DNA of 57,856 nt from an uncultured Desulfobacteraceae bacterium. Lineage in GTDB: Bacteria; Desulfobacterota; DSM-4660; Desulfatiglandales; Desulfatiglandaceae. Where the stretch lies: positions 1 through 57,856 of the forward strand of contig CAZDVV010000002.1 of the NCBI GenBank assembly GCA_964508875.1, in the 5' to 3' direction. A program made the translations under genes and the position numbers. The notes under the pieces are model-generated. The model was not told where the DNA came from. It searched no databases and saw nothing but the letters and a program-made list of their open reading frames with translations. Positions 27,004 to 37,380 of this stretch are shown here, piece after piece (the stretch's first letter is position 1; the number at the start of each line of letters is the position of its first letter).

Positions 27004-27221
27004 GATCGATTCATCAATTACCCGTTGACAAGTCTTTTGCTGCTATCTTCTCAGACGAGCCTAAGGTAACGGTTTTATACACTAATTGCGCCTTTCAGGC
27101 ACGGAAAATTCATTTTTCAAGCAAAATAATTCCCTTGAAAGGCATGGGGAGAGTTGTTAGTTTCAAACAAATAATTCAATAGCCAAAATTATTTGTAACG
27201 GTTCGGACGGAAAAAGGATCT

Positions 27222-27797
27222 ATGATTCCCTCTCCACAAGAATGTCTGGACATAATGCATAAATACCATATGCTGGACAACATCAAGGCCCACTCCCTTA
27301 TGGTTGCAAAAGTGGCTTATCTCATAACAACCGCAGCAGTGCAAAACGCACCGCATATCTCACCCAGCTTGGTGTTGGCTGGTGCACTGCTGCACGATAT
27401 CGGAAAGACAGAGGCCCTTCGCAATGGGGGAGACCACGTAGAAATTGGTCAAGAGATTTGTCGCATGGAAGGCCTTGCAGAGGTGGTGCCCATTGTGGCC
27501 GAGCACGTGGTACTTAAATCATTTACCGAGGATAGAAAAATAACCGCAAAAGAAATAGTCTATTATGCAGACAAGAGGGTGAATCATGACGAGATCGTGC
27601 CGCTTGAAAAGCGTCTTGAATACATCCTTGAGCGCTATGCCTGTGGGAATCCTAGATTGGAAGATTTGATAATTCGTAACTTCAACGTATGCAAGCAGGT
27701 GGAGGCGAAACTTTTCCGATGCTTGGACTTTGAACCCTCTGACATCGAACGTTTGGCACCAGTGGTAAAGTTGCCTTTTGATGGACAAAGGCATTAA
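27222..27797 (+). CDS. HD/HDIG domain phosphohydrolase
   Basis: H...LLHDIGK motif and a downstream H..D pattern. Confidence 0.75.
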   Translation: MIPSPQECLDIMHKYHMLDNIKAHSLMVAKVAYLITTAAVQNAPHISPSLVLAGALLHDIGKTEALRNGGDHVEIGQEICRMEGLAEVVPIVAEHVVLKSFTEDRKITAKEIVYYADKRVNHDEIVPLEKRLEYILERYACGNPRLEDLIIRNFNVCKQVEAKLFRCLDFEPSDIERLAPVVKLPFDGQRH

Positions 27798-27902
27798 CAA
27801 GATAAAGAAGGATCTTTGGACGATGTGGGTTGACAACCCATGATTCCAGCAGAAGTTACAAAAGACTAGATAATAATCCTTTTAGTAAAGGAGATGAAAG
27901 AC

Positions 27903-28580
27903 ATGAGTCTGTTGAGAAGAGGTGTCCTTTTCCTAATTTGCGGAGTGCTGTTTGCTTGCCAGGCAAACGCGATCAAGATTCATATCCGCTTCAATGATGT
28001 CCAGGGGCTAGTGGAAGGGGATCGGGTGCTGGCAGATGCTCAGCAAATAGGAAAGGTGACCAAGGTGACCTACACCTCTAAAGGCGACTTTATTGTAGAT
28101 GTGGTGGTCGCGGGGCGGTTTAAGGAAAAACTAACTGAAAATGCAAAATTCTACATTATAGCTGACCCTGATGCCTCAGAGAGAAAGGCTGTGGAGATAG
28201 TTCAAGCTGATAATCCGGGTAACCTTCTGGCCGATGGAGCGGTAGTCCAAGGGTCTACAATGGTGGAAGATATGGTCAATGACTTGGTAACTGGCATGCA
28301 GAAGGGACTAGATGAGTTAGAAGACCAGTTGCAGGAGTTCTTGGGGGCTCTTAAGGAGGTTCCCAAGAAGGAGGAGATTCAAAGACTTCGCAAAGAGCTA
28401 GAGGAACTCGCAGAGAGGATGAAAAAGGCTGGAAAGGCGGCTAAAGAGAAACTTGAGAAAGAGGTTCTACCTAAACTAGAGGAGGAAATTGAGAGGCTTA
28501 AGGAGAAGCTTAGAAAGTTGGGTAGGGAGAAAGAGGTGGAGCCCCTGGAAACAGAACTCAATGAGCTAAAGAAAATATGA
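27903..28580 (+). CDS. Secreted protein with MlaD-like N-terminal barrel and Lys/Glu-rich coiled-coil tail
   Basis: Signal peptide ending CQANA, an MlaD-like segment (VQGLVEGDRV...IGKVTKV), and a heptad-rich C-terminus. The start is taken at the second ATG because of RBS spacing. Confidence 0.5.
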   Translation: MSLLRRGVLFLICGVLFACQANAIKIHIRFNDVQGLVEGDRVLADAQQIGKVTKVTYTSKGDFIVDVVVAGRFKEKLTENAKFYIIADPDASERKAVEIVQADNPGNLLADGAVVQGSTMVEDMVNDLVTGMQKGLDELEDQLQEFLGALKEVPKKEEIQRLRKELEELAERMKKAGKAAKEKLEKEVLPKLEEEIERLKEKLRKLGREKEVEPLETELNELKKI

Positions 28581-28605
28581 TGACGAGATTTTGAGGCCCA
28601 CAGCC

Positions 28606-28806
28606 ATGTCTATACGGATCATTGCCAAGGATTTATACCGACTTCAGAAAGAGGCGGAGCGCCTAGAGCAAGAGCTTTCCTCTTGTCCCTCCGACAAGAG
28701 GGAAGAGCTTGAAAAAAGGCTGGCCGAGGTCAGGGTTGAAAGAGACAAGCTGCGAAATGCCCTTGAAGGGGCCAAGGAGCAGCCACCTTACAGAAAGCCT
28801 AGGTAA
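28606..28806 (+). CDS. Small coiled-coil hypothetical protein (66 aa)
   Basis: ORF immediately downstream of the previous gene. I recognise no family. Confidence 0.4.
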   Translation: MSIRIIAKDLYRLQKEAERLEQELSSCPSDKREELEKRLAEVRVERDKLRNALEGAKEQPPYRKPR

Positions 28807-28835
28807 GCAGCAGTGGCTTGCCCCCATTGCATCCC

Positions 28836-29732
28836 TTACCTCAAGGCCTTTCTGATTTTTTTTGCCGCGTGGAGCAGATTCTTGTCCCACTGGCGGGCCA
28901 GCGGATCGAGGATAACAATTCTTGCTCCAATGGAATTTGCGATAACCCGAGCCGAATGGCTGGAGATTTGAGGCTGTATGAATAGTTCTGTGAAGCCCTT
29001 TTCTTTGGCAAGAGTGATGAACTGCTTTAGGTCATGGGCCAGGGGTTTTTTCCCCTCTCTTTCGACCGCCAATTGCCTTAGCCCGTATGTTTTTGCAAAA
29101 TACCCCCATGCGGGATGATATACTAGGAAGGAGTTACGCGTTCCCACCCCTTTAAACAGATCCCTAATCTTCAGGTCCAGATCCACAATTTCCCCCACGA
29201 ATCTCCTGTAGTTTCCTTTGTAGAATTCTTCCCGAGAGGGGTCTTGTTTGAGAAGGGCCTCAAGTATGTTTCTAACTTCCACAATGGTCAAAGGAGGTGA
29301 GAGCCAGATGTGGGGGTCCAGGTGGATATTATGGTGGCCACGACGGTCTGGCGTTGACAAAGAGCTGGCCACCGGAATCCTTTCCACCCCCCTGTAGCAT
29401 GGTACCACTCTCATTATGGGATTAGATTTCCTGAATCGAGGGAGCCAGGCTGATTCAAAGGGAAGACCCTGGGCGAAGTATATGGCACACTGAGATAACC
29501 TGGCCAACTGTCGGGGTTTTGGTTCGTAGGTGGCCGGGCTGGCTCCAGGTGGCACCATGACAAGAGGGTGTACGTATCGGCCACCTATCTTTTCCACGAA
29601 AAAGGCTTGAGGCAAGATGCTAACACTCACTGTGATAGCCTTATCTTCTGCCCAGGTTTCATGAGGGGGAAGCGCAAAAATAACGGCTAGGAAAATCACA
29701 GCTAATCTTGTACACTGCTTGGTCAATCTCAT
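28836..29732 (-). CDS. Metal ABC transporter substrate-binding protein (ZnuA/TroA family)
   Basis: Signal peptide and a ZnuA-like fold with a His-containing segment (RRGHHNIHLDPHIWLSP). GAGGAGGAGAA RBS precedes the ATG. Confidence 0.8.
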   Translation of the reverse strand: MRLTKQCTRLAVIFLAVIFALPPHETWAEDKAITVSVSILPQAFFVEKIGGRYVHPLVMVPPGASPATYEPKPRQLARLSQCAIYFAQGLPFESAWLPRFRKSNPIMRVVPCYRGVERIPVASSLSTPDRRGHHNIHLDPHIWLSPPLTIVEVRNILEALLKQDPSREEFYKGNYRRFVGEIVDLDLKIRDLFKGVGTRNSFLVYHPAWGYFAKTYGLRQLAVEREGKKPLAHDLKQFITLAKEKGFTELFIQPQISSHSARVIANSIGARIVILDPLARQWDKNLLHAAKKIRKALR

Positions 29733-29812
29733 TTCTCCTCCTCTGAGCATAATGGGATGGGTTTTCAGTGTTTTGGGGCCAGAGGCCAGTAGGACGCTAG
29801 GCCAATTCTTTT

Positions 29813-29825
29813 TGATTTTAAATCA
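29813..29825. promoter_or_regulatory. Palindrome TGATTT-T-AAATCA (Fur/Zur-family-like operator candidate)
   Basis: Perfect 6-bp arms in the divergent znuA-like/dsbD intergenic region, flanked by GGCCAA (29800-29805) and TTGGCC (29827-29832). Confidence 0.3.
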
Positions 29826-29891
29826 TTTGGCCCGTGTTATCCAGTGTGTTGTTCATAGCGAGGAAATTTAATGCCAGGTATTTGAGCTGAG

Positions 29892-31679
29892 ATGAAAGGC
29901 ATTAGGGCGGTACCTTTAGCAATTATGGTCTTGATCTTGGGAGCCTTTTCCTTTGCCACAAGCCTTGGTCCCAAGGTGGAGGTTATCCATTCTAAGGAAT
30001 CCTATGCCCCAGGCAAGGACTATCCCATAGCATTTAGGATTAAGGTCCCCAAGGGTTTGCTTCTGCACGGCCATGAAATAAGACCTGGTCAGATGCTGAT
30101 ACCCACAAACCTGACCTTCGAGCGGAAAAAGGATGTGGTTATTGAGGATCTGCAGTTTCCAGCACCTCAAGAGGTGAAACTGGCTTACTCGGATGAGGCG
30201 GTTGAGGTTTATAAGGGAGAGGTACTAATCAGCGGGACGCTGCACATCGGAAAAGGGGTAAGACCTGATATTTATGAGATCAAGGGCACTTTAAGCTATC
30301 AGGCCTGTACTTTTGAGAGTTGTTTTCCCCCGAGCAAGGAGCAGGTGGTGGTTTCCGTAAATGTAGCGCCCCCGGGCACAACGGATAGACCTATAAATAC
30401 TGACGTCTTTTCGGAAGGTGCCAAGGCAAGTGGGTCGTCACAGACGGTCAGTATAGAGGGGTTCCGATTTCATGGAGGGCTCTGGCTGACACTATTAGGA
30501 ATATTCCTGGGAGGACTTGCCCTAAACCTGACCCCATGTATCTATCCCCTCATCCCTATTACCGTGTCCTTTTTCGGAGCCCGTAGTTCAGAACTCAGGG
30601 GAAAGAGGATGATCCACGGGGCCATGTATATTGGCGGATTATCAGTGACCAATTCCATTTTGGGTGTTAGTGCTGCTCTGACAGGGGGAATGTTGGGTAC
30701 TGCTCTGCAAAACCCATTAGTTCTTGTAGCGGTTTCAGCAATAATACTTGCCATGGGGCTCAGTTTTTTTGGGTTTTGGGAGATTAGGCTGCCTTCGGGA
30801 ATTGTTAACGCAGCCTCGAGGGGCTTTGGTGGTTTCTTTGGGTCATTTTTTATGGGCCTAACCTTGGGAATTGTAGCAGCCCCCTGCCTTGGTCCCTTTG
30901 TCCTGGGGCTTCTAACCTACGTGGGGCAGAAAGGAGATCCCTTCCTGGGTTTCCTGTACTTCTTTGTTTTGAGCATCGGCCTTGGCCTTCCCCTGGGGGT
31001 TCTTGCAGTAAGCTCAGGGGCAGTGGACAAATTGCCCATGTCAGGTAACTGGTTGCTATGGATAAAAAAGGGCTTTGGCTGGGTTCTGGTGGGAATGGCG
31101 GTTTTTATGATACGCCCGCTTCTTCCTGGTGAAGAGCTAAAAGTAGGCATATTGGCCGCCATCCTAGCTGCGGCGGCATTTCATCTCGGTTTCTTGGATA
31201 GGACCAGGGAGGAGAGCCGTACCTTCCAGGTCATAAAAAAGGTCGCAGGAGTGGGATTGCTGATAACCGCCCTTTTCATGGTCTCGGGACTATGGTACGG
31301 CGGAAAAGGCATCAAGTGGACTCCTTACCGGCCGGGGATATTGGAAAAGGCCAAGAGGATGGGAAGGCCGGTGATAATTGATTTTTTTGCAGAATGGTGC
31401 ACACCTTGCAGGGAAATGGACAAGACAACCTTCAGGGATCCCGTAGTCGTCAAGCTGGCCTCTGATCTCATGGCTGTAAGGGTGGACCTCACAACCCGGA
31501 GTGCTGAAGGACAGAGGCTGGTGGAGCGTTTTGGCATAAGGGGGGTGCCCACAGTGGTGTTAATAAGACCTGATGGCACAGAGGAGCGTTCGCTCCGGGT
31601 AGAATCGCATGTCTCTGCTGAGGAACTTGCCATGAGAATTAGGGCAATACTCTCACAAACTCAGCCACAGACTCGTTGA
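29892..31679 (+). CDS. dsbD: Thiol:disulfide interchange protein DsbD (N-terminal domain, DsbD/CcdA membrane core, C-terminal thioredoxin domain)
   Basis: N-terminal domain Cys pair (ACTFESC), membrane-core cysteines (TPCIYP and APCLGP), and a C-terminal WCTPC thioredoxin motif. Confidence 0.85.
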   Translation: MKGIRAVPLAIMVLILGAFSFATSLGPKVEVIHSKESYAPGKDYPIAFRIKVPKGLLLHGHEIRPGQMLIPTNLTFERKKDVVIEDLQFPAPQEVKLAYSDEAVEVYKGEVLISGTLHIGKGVRPDIYEIKGTLSYQACTFESCFPPSKEQVVVSVNVAPPGTTDRPINTDVFSEGAKASGSSQTVSIEGFRFHGGLWLTLLGIFLGGLALNLTPCIYPLIPITVSFFGARSSELRGKRMIHGAMYIGGLSVTNSILGVSAALTGGMLGTALQNPLVLVAVSAIILAMGLSFFGFWEIRLPSGIVNAASRGFGGFFGSFFMGLTLGIVAAPCLGPFVLGLLTYVGQKGDPFLGFLYFFVLSIGLGLPLGVLAVSSGAVDKLPMSGNWLLWIKKGFGWVLVGMAVFMIRPLLPGEELKVGILAAILAAAAFHLGFLDRTREESRTFQVIKKVAGVGLLITALFMVSGLWYGGKGIKWTPYRPGILEKAKRMGRPVIIDFFAEWCTPCREMDKTTFRDPVVVKLASDLMAVRVDLTTRSAEGQRLVERFGIRGVPTVVLIRPDGTEERSLRVESHVSAEELAMRIRAILSQTQPQTR

Positions 31680-32412
31680 AGGGACGCCAGGCCTCAATCA
31701 TTACCATATGTCCGGCGCCTTGAATCTCAACCATCTTGCTACCCTTGATGCCCTTATGGAGCTTGCGGCAAAGGGAGGGAGGCGTGAGCTTGTCTTCTTC
31801 ACCGCAGATTATGAGGGATGGTATCTCAATTTTGCTAACTCCTTCTCGGACATCAAACCGGTCACATGCAGCGAAATCATTGTAAAGGACATCGGGGCCT
31901 GCTTGCTTCATAAGATTTGCCCCTTCTCTTAGCATTAGGGGTTGGGCTGATGAGGAATAGGCATATTTGATAATCATATCTACGGTTGTATCGAACTCTT
32001 TTTTGAGGCCTTCAAGGAAGGCCGGTGCCACCTTAAGTCTTGGGCCAGTTGCAGCGAGGATGAGGGCCTTAATCCGGGTTGAGCCTTGAAGTGCTGCCTT
32101 CTGGCAGATTGCACCTCCCATGGAATGGCCCATCAGTACAACTGGGGCCTCAAAGCATGATTCCATGAGCTCCACAAGCCAATGGGCATATTCACTGATT
32201 TGCTCACAAGCCTTGCCTGGGGTCCTTCCATGGCCTGGAAGATCAATGGCTATGGCGTTGAAGTTACGGCCCAGAGGCCTCAACTGCGCATTCCAGATCT
32301 CGGAGCGGCCTCCTGCACCGTGGACCATTAAAATGGTAGGCCTTTGTGGATCAAACTGCTCAGGCCATGCCCGGTAGCCCACATTCTGCTCTGCCAGTTT
32401 GCTTAAGGGCAT
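31639..32412 (-). CDS. Alpha/beta hydrolase
   Basis: HG oxyanion motif (MVHGAGG) and GHSMGG nucleophile elbow. It lies immediately downstream of fabH. Confidence 0.75.
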   Translation of the reverse strand: MPLSKLAEQNVGYRAWPEQFDPQRPTILMVHGAGGRSEIWNAQLRPLGRNFNAIAIDLPGHGRTPGKACEQISEYAHWLVELMESCFEAPVVLMGHSMGGAICQKAALQGSTRIKALILAATGPRLKVAPAFLEGLKKEFDTTVDMIIKYAYSSSAQPLMLREGANLMKQAGPDVLYNDFAACDRFDVREGVSKIEIPSLIICGEEDKLTPPSLCRKLHKGIKGSKMVEIQGAGHMVMIEAWRPFNESVAEFVRVLP

Positions 32413-32422
32413 AAAGGCCTCC

Positions 32423-33415
32423 CTAGGCCCACCTGATCAGAGCACTGCCCCAGGTGAGCCCGCCCCCGAACACGGGCATGCAGATGAAGTGCCCTGGTTT
32501 GATGCTGCCGTCCCGCACCGCCTCATCGAGTGCAATGGCGCAAGAGGCGGAGGATATATTCCCGTATTTATCAAGGGTTACGTAAAATCTTTCCATGGGG
32601 ATCTTGAGGGTCTTGGCCATGGACTGGAACATTCTTAGATTGGCCTGATGAGGGATAAACCAGTCAACGTCCTTCACTGCCACTCCGTTTGCCTCGCACG
32701 CCTCCTTTATGGACTCTATAAAGTGCCTCACTGCCACCCTAAAGCTGGCATTGGCTTCTATCATATTCAAGGTATGGAGTCCTTTATCTACGCTTTCGTG
32801 GCTAATTGGGGTAGTCTTTGAGCCCCCGCCAGGCAAAAGAAGATCCTGTCCATTAGCCCCATCAGTGTGAACATGGGTAGATAGAATCTCAGGGCCTTCC
32901 TCTCCCATTGTCACGATGGCAGCCCCCGCACCATCCCCCCACAGGATACAGGTAGCCCTGTCCTTCCAGTTAAGGGTCCTTGTCATTACCTCAGCGGCGG
33001 CTACCAGGATATGGCGGCAGGTTCCTGTCTTCAAATATTGCTCAGCCACGTTTAGCCCGAATATGAACCCAGAGCATGCGGCCGTCACATCAAAGGTCAC
33101 TGCCTGAGGGGCATCAAGCTTTGCCTGCAACCAGTTGGCTGCCGAAGGACAACAAGTGTCTGGTGTGATGGTGGCGACTATGATGAGGTCTAGATCCTTT
33201 GCCGTAAGCCCTGCCATTTCCAGGGCCTTTATGGAGGCCTCATAGGCCAGATCCGACGTTGCAACATCAGGATCAGCCATTCGTCGTTCTTTCACTCCAG
33301 TTCTGGTGACGATCCACTCATCAGTGGTGTCGAGACCCATTTTTTGCAAGTCAAAATTTGTTAATACCTTGGGTGGCACATACGATCCTGTGCCCATAAT
33401 TCTCATTGTTTTCAT
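32423..33415 (-). CDS. fabH: Beta-ketoacyl-ACP synthase III
   Basis: FabH-type sequence with the active-site Cys (AACSGF), HQAN and GGG.TWG. Confidence 0.9.
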   Translation of the reverse strand: MKTMRIMGTGSYVPPKVLTNFDLQKMGLDTTDEWIVTRTGVKERRMADPDVATSDLAYEASIKALEMAGLTAKDLDLIIVATITPDTCCPSAANWLQAKLDAPQAVTFDVTAACSGFIFGLNVAEQYLKTGTCRHILVAAAEVMTRTLNWKDRATCILWGDGAGAAIVTMGEEGPEILSTHVHTDGANGQDLLLPGGGSKTTPISHESVDKGLHTLNMIEANASFRVAVRHFIESIKEACEANGVAVKDVDWFIPHQANLRMFQSMAKTLKIPMERFYVTLDKYGNISSASCAIALDEAVRDGSIKPGHFICMPVFGGGLTWGSALIRWA

Positions 33416-33424
33416 ATTGCCCTT

Positions 33425-35899
33425 TTACTCCGGTTTTATTCCTAGTTCCTTTTCCTTTTTGGCTACAAGAAGCCTTGTCTTTATCACTGTATCTGGAATC
33501 AAGCTCATGGAGTCTATGCCACACTCCACAAGAAATTCAGCAAAGTCAGGAAAATCGCTGGGTGCCTGGCCACAGATGCCGATCTTGCGGCCCTTCTTCT
33601 TGGCCACGTCTATTACTTGTTTTATCAGACGCTTAACAGCAGTGTTCCTCTCATTGTATAAGTGAGCCACAAGAGAGGAGTCCCTATCAAGTCCCAGGGT
33701 TAGCTGAGTGAGGTCATTAGAACCTATTGAGAATCCGTCAAAAATCTTGGCAAACTCATCAGCACAGACCACATTACTGGGTATTTCGCACATGACATAT
33801 ATTTCAAGCCCATTTTCTCCCTGGACCAGGCCGAAGCGTTTCATCAGCTCAATAACCTTCTTGCCCTCTTCGGGCGTCCTGCAGAAGGGCACCATAACCT
33901 TTATGTTTGTAAGACCCACCTCGTTGCGTGCCTTCAACAGGGCTAAACATTCGAGCTCAAAGGCCGGCATGAATTTTTCGTCATAATAACGTGACGCCCC
34001 TCTCCATCCAATCATGGGATTGCTCTCAGTGGGTTCGTACAAATAGCCTCCAAGTAAGTTCTCGTACTCATTTGTCTTGAAGTCTGACAGCCTTACAATC
34101 ACATCATTGGGATAAAAGCCAGCAGCAATTCGGCTAATTCCCTCTGCAAGTTTGTTAATAAAAAACTGCTTCTTGTCCTCGTATACACTTGTAATATCGT
34201 CGATCTTGTAAACGACCCCTGCAACCTTTTGATCGGTCTTGGCCTTTTCTTTTAGCTTATCATAGTCCAACAATGCCAGGGGATGGATTCCGATGTGGCT
34301 ATTGATAATAAATTCCTCCCTTGCAAGCCCTACTCCATCGTTGGGAATCATGCCCTGTGAAAAGGCCTGCTCAGGAATCCCTACGTTCATCATGATCTTG
34401 GTTTTGGTCTTGGGGAGCTCTTCCAGGTTCAGTTTTTCCACTTCATATTTAAGAATCCCTTCGTAAACATGCCCTGTTTCTCCTTCACAACATGAAACAG
34501 TGACCTCTTGGCCAGTTTTTATAACCTCATCGGCATTCCCTGTGCCGATAATACATGGGATACCCAGTTCGCGCGAGACAATGGCCGCATGACATGTCCT
34601 TCCCCCCTTATTGGTTACAATAGCAGCGGCAATCTTCATGATGGGTTCCCAATCAGGATCGGTCATTGTGGTGACCAATACCTCTCCTTCCCTGAATTGA
34701 TCCATTTCAAGGGTAGAGTTGATAACCCTGGCAACCCCATGTCCAATCTTGGTGCCAACAGCCGTTCCTGAACAAAGTACGGGGCCTGTCTCGAGAAGGC
34801 GATATGTCTCATAAACGTTACTATCTTTTTGGGAATGGATGGTCTCGGGCCTGGCCTGTACGATAAACAGTTCCCCAGTTCCTACATTGACCCCATCACC
34901 ATCCTTTGCCCATTCAATATCCATTGGCTTGAAATAGCCTGCTTCCTGACTGTAGTGGTCTTCGATTATGCATGCCCATTCGGCCAGCTTGAGGATTTCA
35001 TCGTCATCCAACACATATCGGTGACGTTCAGCAAGGGTCGTGGGAACATTCTTTACGGTTGACTCGTCGTCCATGGAATAAACCATCTTGATGTCCCTGT
35101 CGCCCACCTTTCTGCTTATGATAGCTCGCTTTCCCTGTTTTAAAGTGGGCTTGAATACATAATACTCATCTGGATTAACGATCCCCTGAACCACGTTTTC
35201 TCCCAGTCCGTAGGCTGCGGTAATAAGCACTGCGTCCTTGAACCCCGTTTCGGTATCAATGGAAAACATGACCCCTGAGTAGGCCGAATCACTCCGAACC
35301 ATTTTTTGTACTGCTATGGAAAGGGATACGTCAAATTGTCCAAAACCTTTGTCATGACGGTAAGATATGGCCCTATTAGTAAAAAGTGATGCAAAGCATT
35401 TACGGCATGCATCAAGTACGCTGCGCCTGCCGCGGATATTCAGATACGTGTCCTGCTGGCCGGCGAATGAGGCATCAGGTAAATCTTCTGCAGTGGCGGA
35501 TGATCGAATGGCTACGTCCAAGTTATCAGTACCCGCCAAACCAAATTCCTCTGCCAATTTGTCATAGGCCGTATAGATGGCCTGGGTGAGATCGGGAGGA
35601 AATTCAGCGTGTCTGATGACATCTCTCACCTGCCGGCCCTTCCTTTGGAGGTTGCTAATGTCATGGGTATCTAGGTTTTTGAGAATTTTCCGTATTTCAT
35701 CCTCAATTCCGGCATATTTGAGAAAGTACCTATACGCATAGGCAGTTATGGCAAATCCGTTTGGAACCTTTATCCCTTTGCTATGAAGCTTTTGGTACAT
35801 TTCTCCCAGAGAGGCATTCTTGCCCCCCACAAGAGGAACGTCCTCAATCCCAATTTCATCAAACCAAAGAATGAATTTCTTGCTATTGTCCGCCGCCAT
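33425..35899 (-). CDS. ppsA: Phosphoenolpyruvate synthase (pyruvate, water dikinase)
   Basis: 824 aa with the ATP-grasp N-terminus, the phosphohistidine swivel domain (GGRTCHAAIVSRELGIP) and a PEP-utilising TIM-barrel C-terminus. Confidence 0.92.
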   Translation of the reverse strand: MAADNSKKFILWFDEIGIEDVPLVGGKNASLGEMYQKLHSKGIKVPNGFAITAYAYRYFLKYAGIEDEIRKILKNLDTHDISNLQRKGRQVRDVIRHAEFPPDLTQAIYTAYDKLAEEFGLAGTDNLDVAIRSSATAEDLPDASFAGQQDTYLNIRGRRSVLDACRKCFASLFTNRAISYRHDKGFGQFDVSLSIAVQKMVRSDSAYSGVMFSIDTETGFKDAVLITAAYGLGENVVQGIVNPDEYYVFKPTLKQGKRAIISRKVGDRDIKMVYSMDDESTVKNVPTTLAERHRYVLDDDEILKLAEWACIIEDHYSQEAGYFKPMDIEWAKDGDGVNVGTGELFIVQARPETIHSQKDSNVYETYRLLETGPVLCSGTAVGTKIGHGVARVINSTLEMDQFREGEVLVTTMTDPDWEPIMKIAAAIVTNKGGRTCHAAIVSRELGIPCIIGTGNADEVIKTGQEVTVSCCEGETGHVYEGILKYEVEKLNLEELPKTKTKIMMNVGIPEQAFSQGMIPNDGVGLAREEFIINSHIGIHPLALLDYDKLKEKAKTDQKVAGVVYKIDDITSVYEDKKQFFINKLAEGISRIAAGFYPNDVIVRLSDFKTNEYENLLGGYLYEPTESNPMIGWRGASRYYDEKFMPAFELECLALLKARNEVGLTNIKVMVPFCRTPEEGKKVIELMKRFGLVQGENGLEIYVMCEIPSNVVCADEFAKIFDGFSIGSNDLTQLTLGLDRDSSLVAHLYNERNTAVKRLIKQVIDVAKKKGRKIGICGQAPSDFPDFAEFLVECGIDSMSLIPDTVIKTRLLVAKKEKELGIKPE

Positions 35900-36228
35900 G
35901 GGTTACTACCTCCTCATCTGGTTACCAGCTATGGCGCTAATAAAAAAACCAAGATACCCAAATAACGGGATAGAGGTATCATTTAACAGCACAGCTTGTC
36001 AATTGGCAAAATATTGTATAGAGATAGAGCATATCGACTTTACAGGGGCATTAACAGGGCATAGATCACTTGTCATTACAAGTGGAACGAAAAATCTCCC
36101 TGTTTCATAATGCCAAATGGTAAATGAAAAATGACAAAAGAGTATGCAAGAGAGAAAAAAACCTGAAAGGCTCATGCCACTAACGATCATCACGGTTATA
36201 ATGCAGTTGCTAATATCAGGAGGACCTA

Positions 36229-37380
36229 ATGACATACGTACCTGAGAACTATATATACCTGGACCACAACGCCACAACTCCCATAGCCCCTGAGGTGGCC
36301 AATGCAATGGCCCCTTACATACGAGAGAAATTCGGCAACCCCTCAAGCTCTTACTCATTAGGTGTGCAGGCAAAGGCGGCGCTGGAAAAGGCAAGGGGGC
36401 AGGTGTCTTCCTTGATTGGATGCAGCCCCGATGAGATCATTTTTACCTCTGGGGGAACCGAGAGCAACAATATGGTGCTCAAGGGAGTGGTAGATTTCAG
36501 GTCGCCAGAGCAAACCCACATGATTACCTGTGCAGTAGAGCACCCCGCCATCCTAAATCCCTGCATATATCTTATGGAACTAGGGGTGAGGGTTACCATT
36601 TTGCCCGTGGACAGATACGGGCGCGTAGACCCTGAAGATGTTAAAAAGGCTATCCAACCTGATACGAAGCTCATTAGCATTATGCTTGCCAACAATGAAA
36701 CAGGGACTTTACAATCCCTCAAGGATATTTGCTCCATAGCTCGTGAGCGAGAAATTCCCGTACACACCGATGCTGCACAGGCCGTGGGGAAGATAGAGGT
36801 GAGCGTGGATGATCTGGGAGTGGATTTTCTAAGTATTGCCGGACACAAACTTTATGGACCAAAGGGGGTTGGTGCACTTTATATAAGAAAGGGGATAACC
36901 ATCACTCCACTGATCCATGGGGCAGCACAAGAAAAAGGGCTCAGGCCAGGCACAGAGAATGTGATTCTTTCAGTGGGCCTTGGAGCTGCATGCAAGCTTG
37001 CTGCCCAAAGGCTTCCACGGGATATCTCCATTATGAGTAATATGAGAGACAGATTGCAGGACCTGCTTTTTGGTGCCCTGGAGGGTCTTGTGCTGAACGG
37101 GCACCCGGAGCATAGACTTCCAAACACCTTGAATGTGTCTGTGCCTGGAATCCAGGGTGCATCGGTTCTGGAAGGGATTCCCAGATTGATGGCTTCAACA
37201 GGCGCTGCTTGTCACGAAGATAGTGTAAAGGTTTCACACGTGCTATCTGCTATGGGGGTGCCAGAGGATGTGGCAATGGGGGCCTTGAGGCTCACTGTAG
37301 GAAGGTCGAATCACATGGAGCAGATAGAAGAGGCTGCACAGTTGCTTATTTCACGGATAAGGAGGTTGAAGAATGCCTAA
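36229..37380 (+). CDS. Cysteine desulfurase (NifS/IscS class I aminotransferase V)
   Basis: LDHNATTP, GGTESNN, a PLP lysine in SIAGHKLYGPKG, and the active-site loop STGAACH. Confidence 0.85.
   Translation: MTYVPENYIYLDHNATTPIAPEVANAMAPYIREKFGNPSSSYSLGVQAKAALEKARGQVSSLIGCSPDEIIFTSGGTESNNMVLKGVVDFRSPEQTHMITCAVEHPAILNPCIYLMELGVRVTILPVDRYGRVDPEDVKKAIQPDTKLISIMLANNETGTLQSLKDICSIAREREIPVHTDAAQAVGKIEVSVDDLGVDFLSIAGHKLYGPKGVGALYIRKGITITPLIHGAAQEKGLRPGTENVILSVGLGAACKLAAQRLPRDISIMSNMRDRLQDLLFGALEGLVLNGHPEHRLPNTLNVSVPGIQGASVLEGIPRLMASTGAACHEDSVKVSHVLSAMGVPEDVAMGALRLTVGRSNHMEQIEEAAQLLISRIRRLKNA

Noticed and set aside
35999-36394. 131-aa minus-strand ORF overlapping the cysteine desulfurase start
   Set aside because: It overlaps a strongly supported gene and the upstream promoter region, and it has no RBS.
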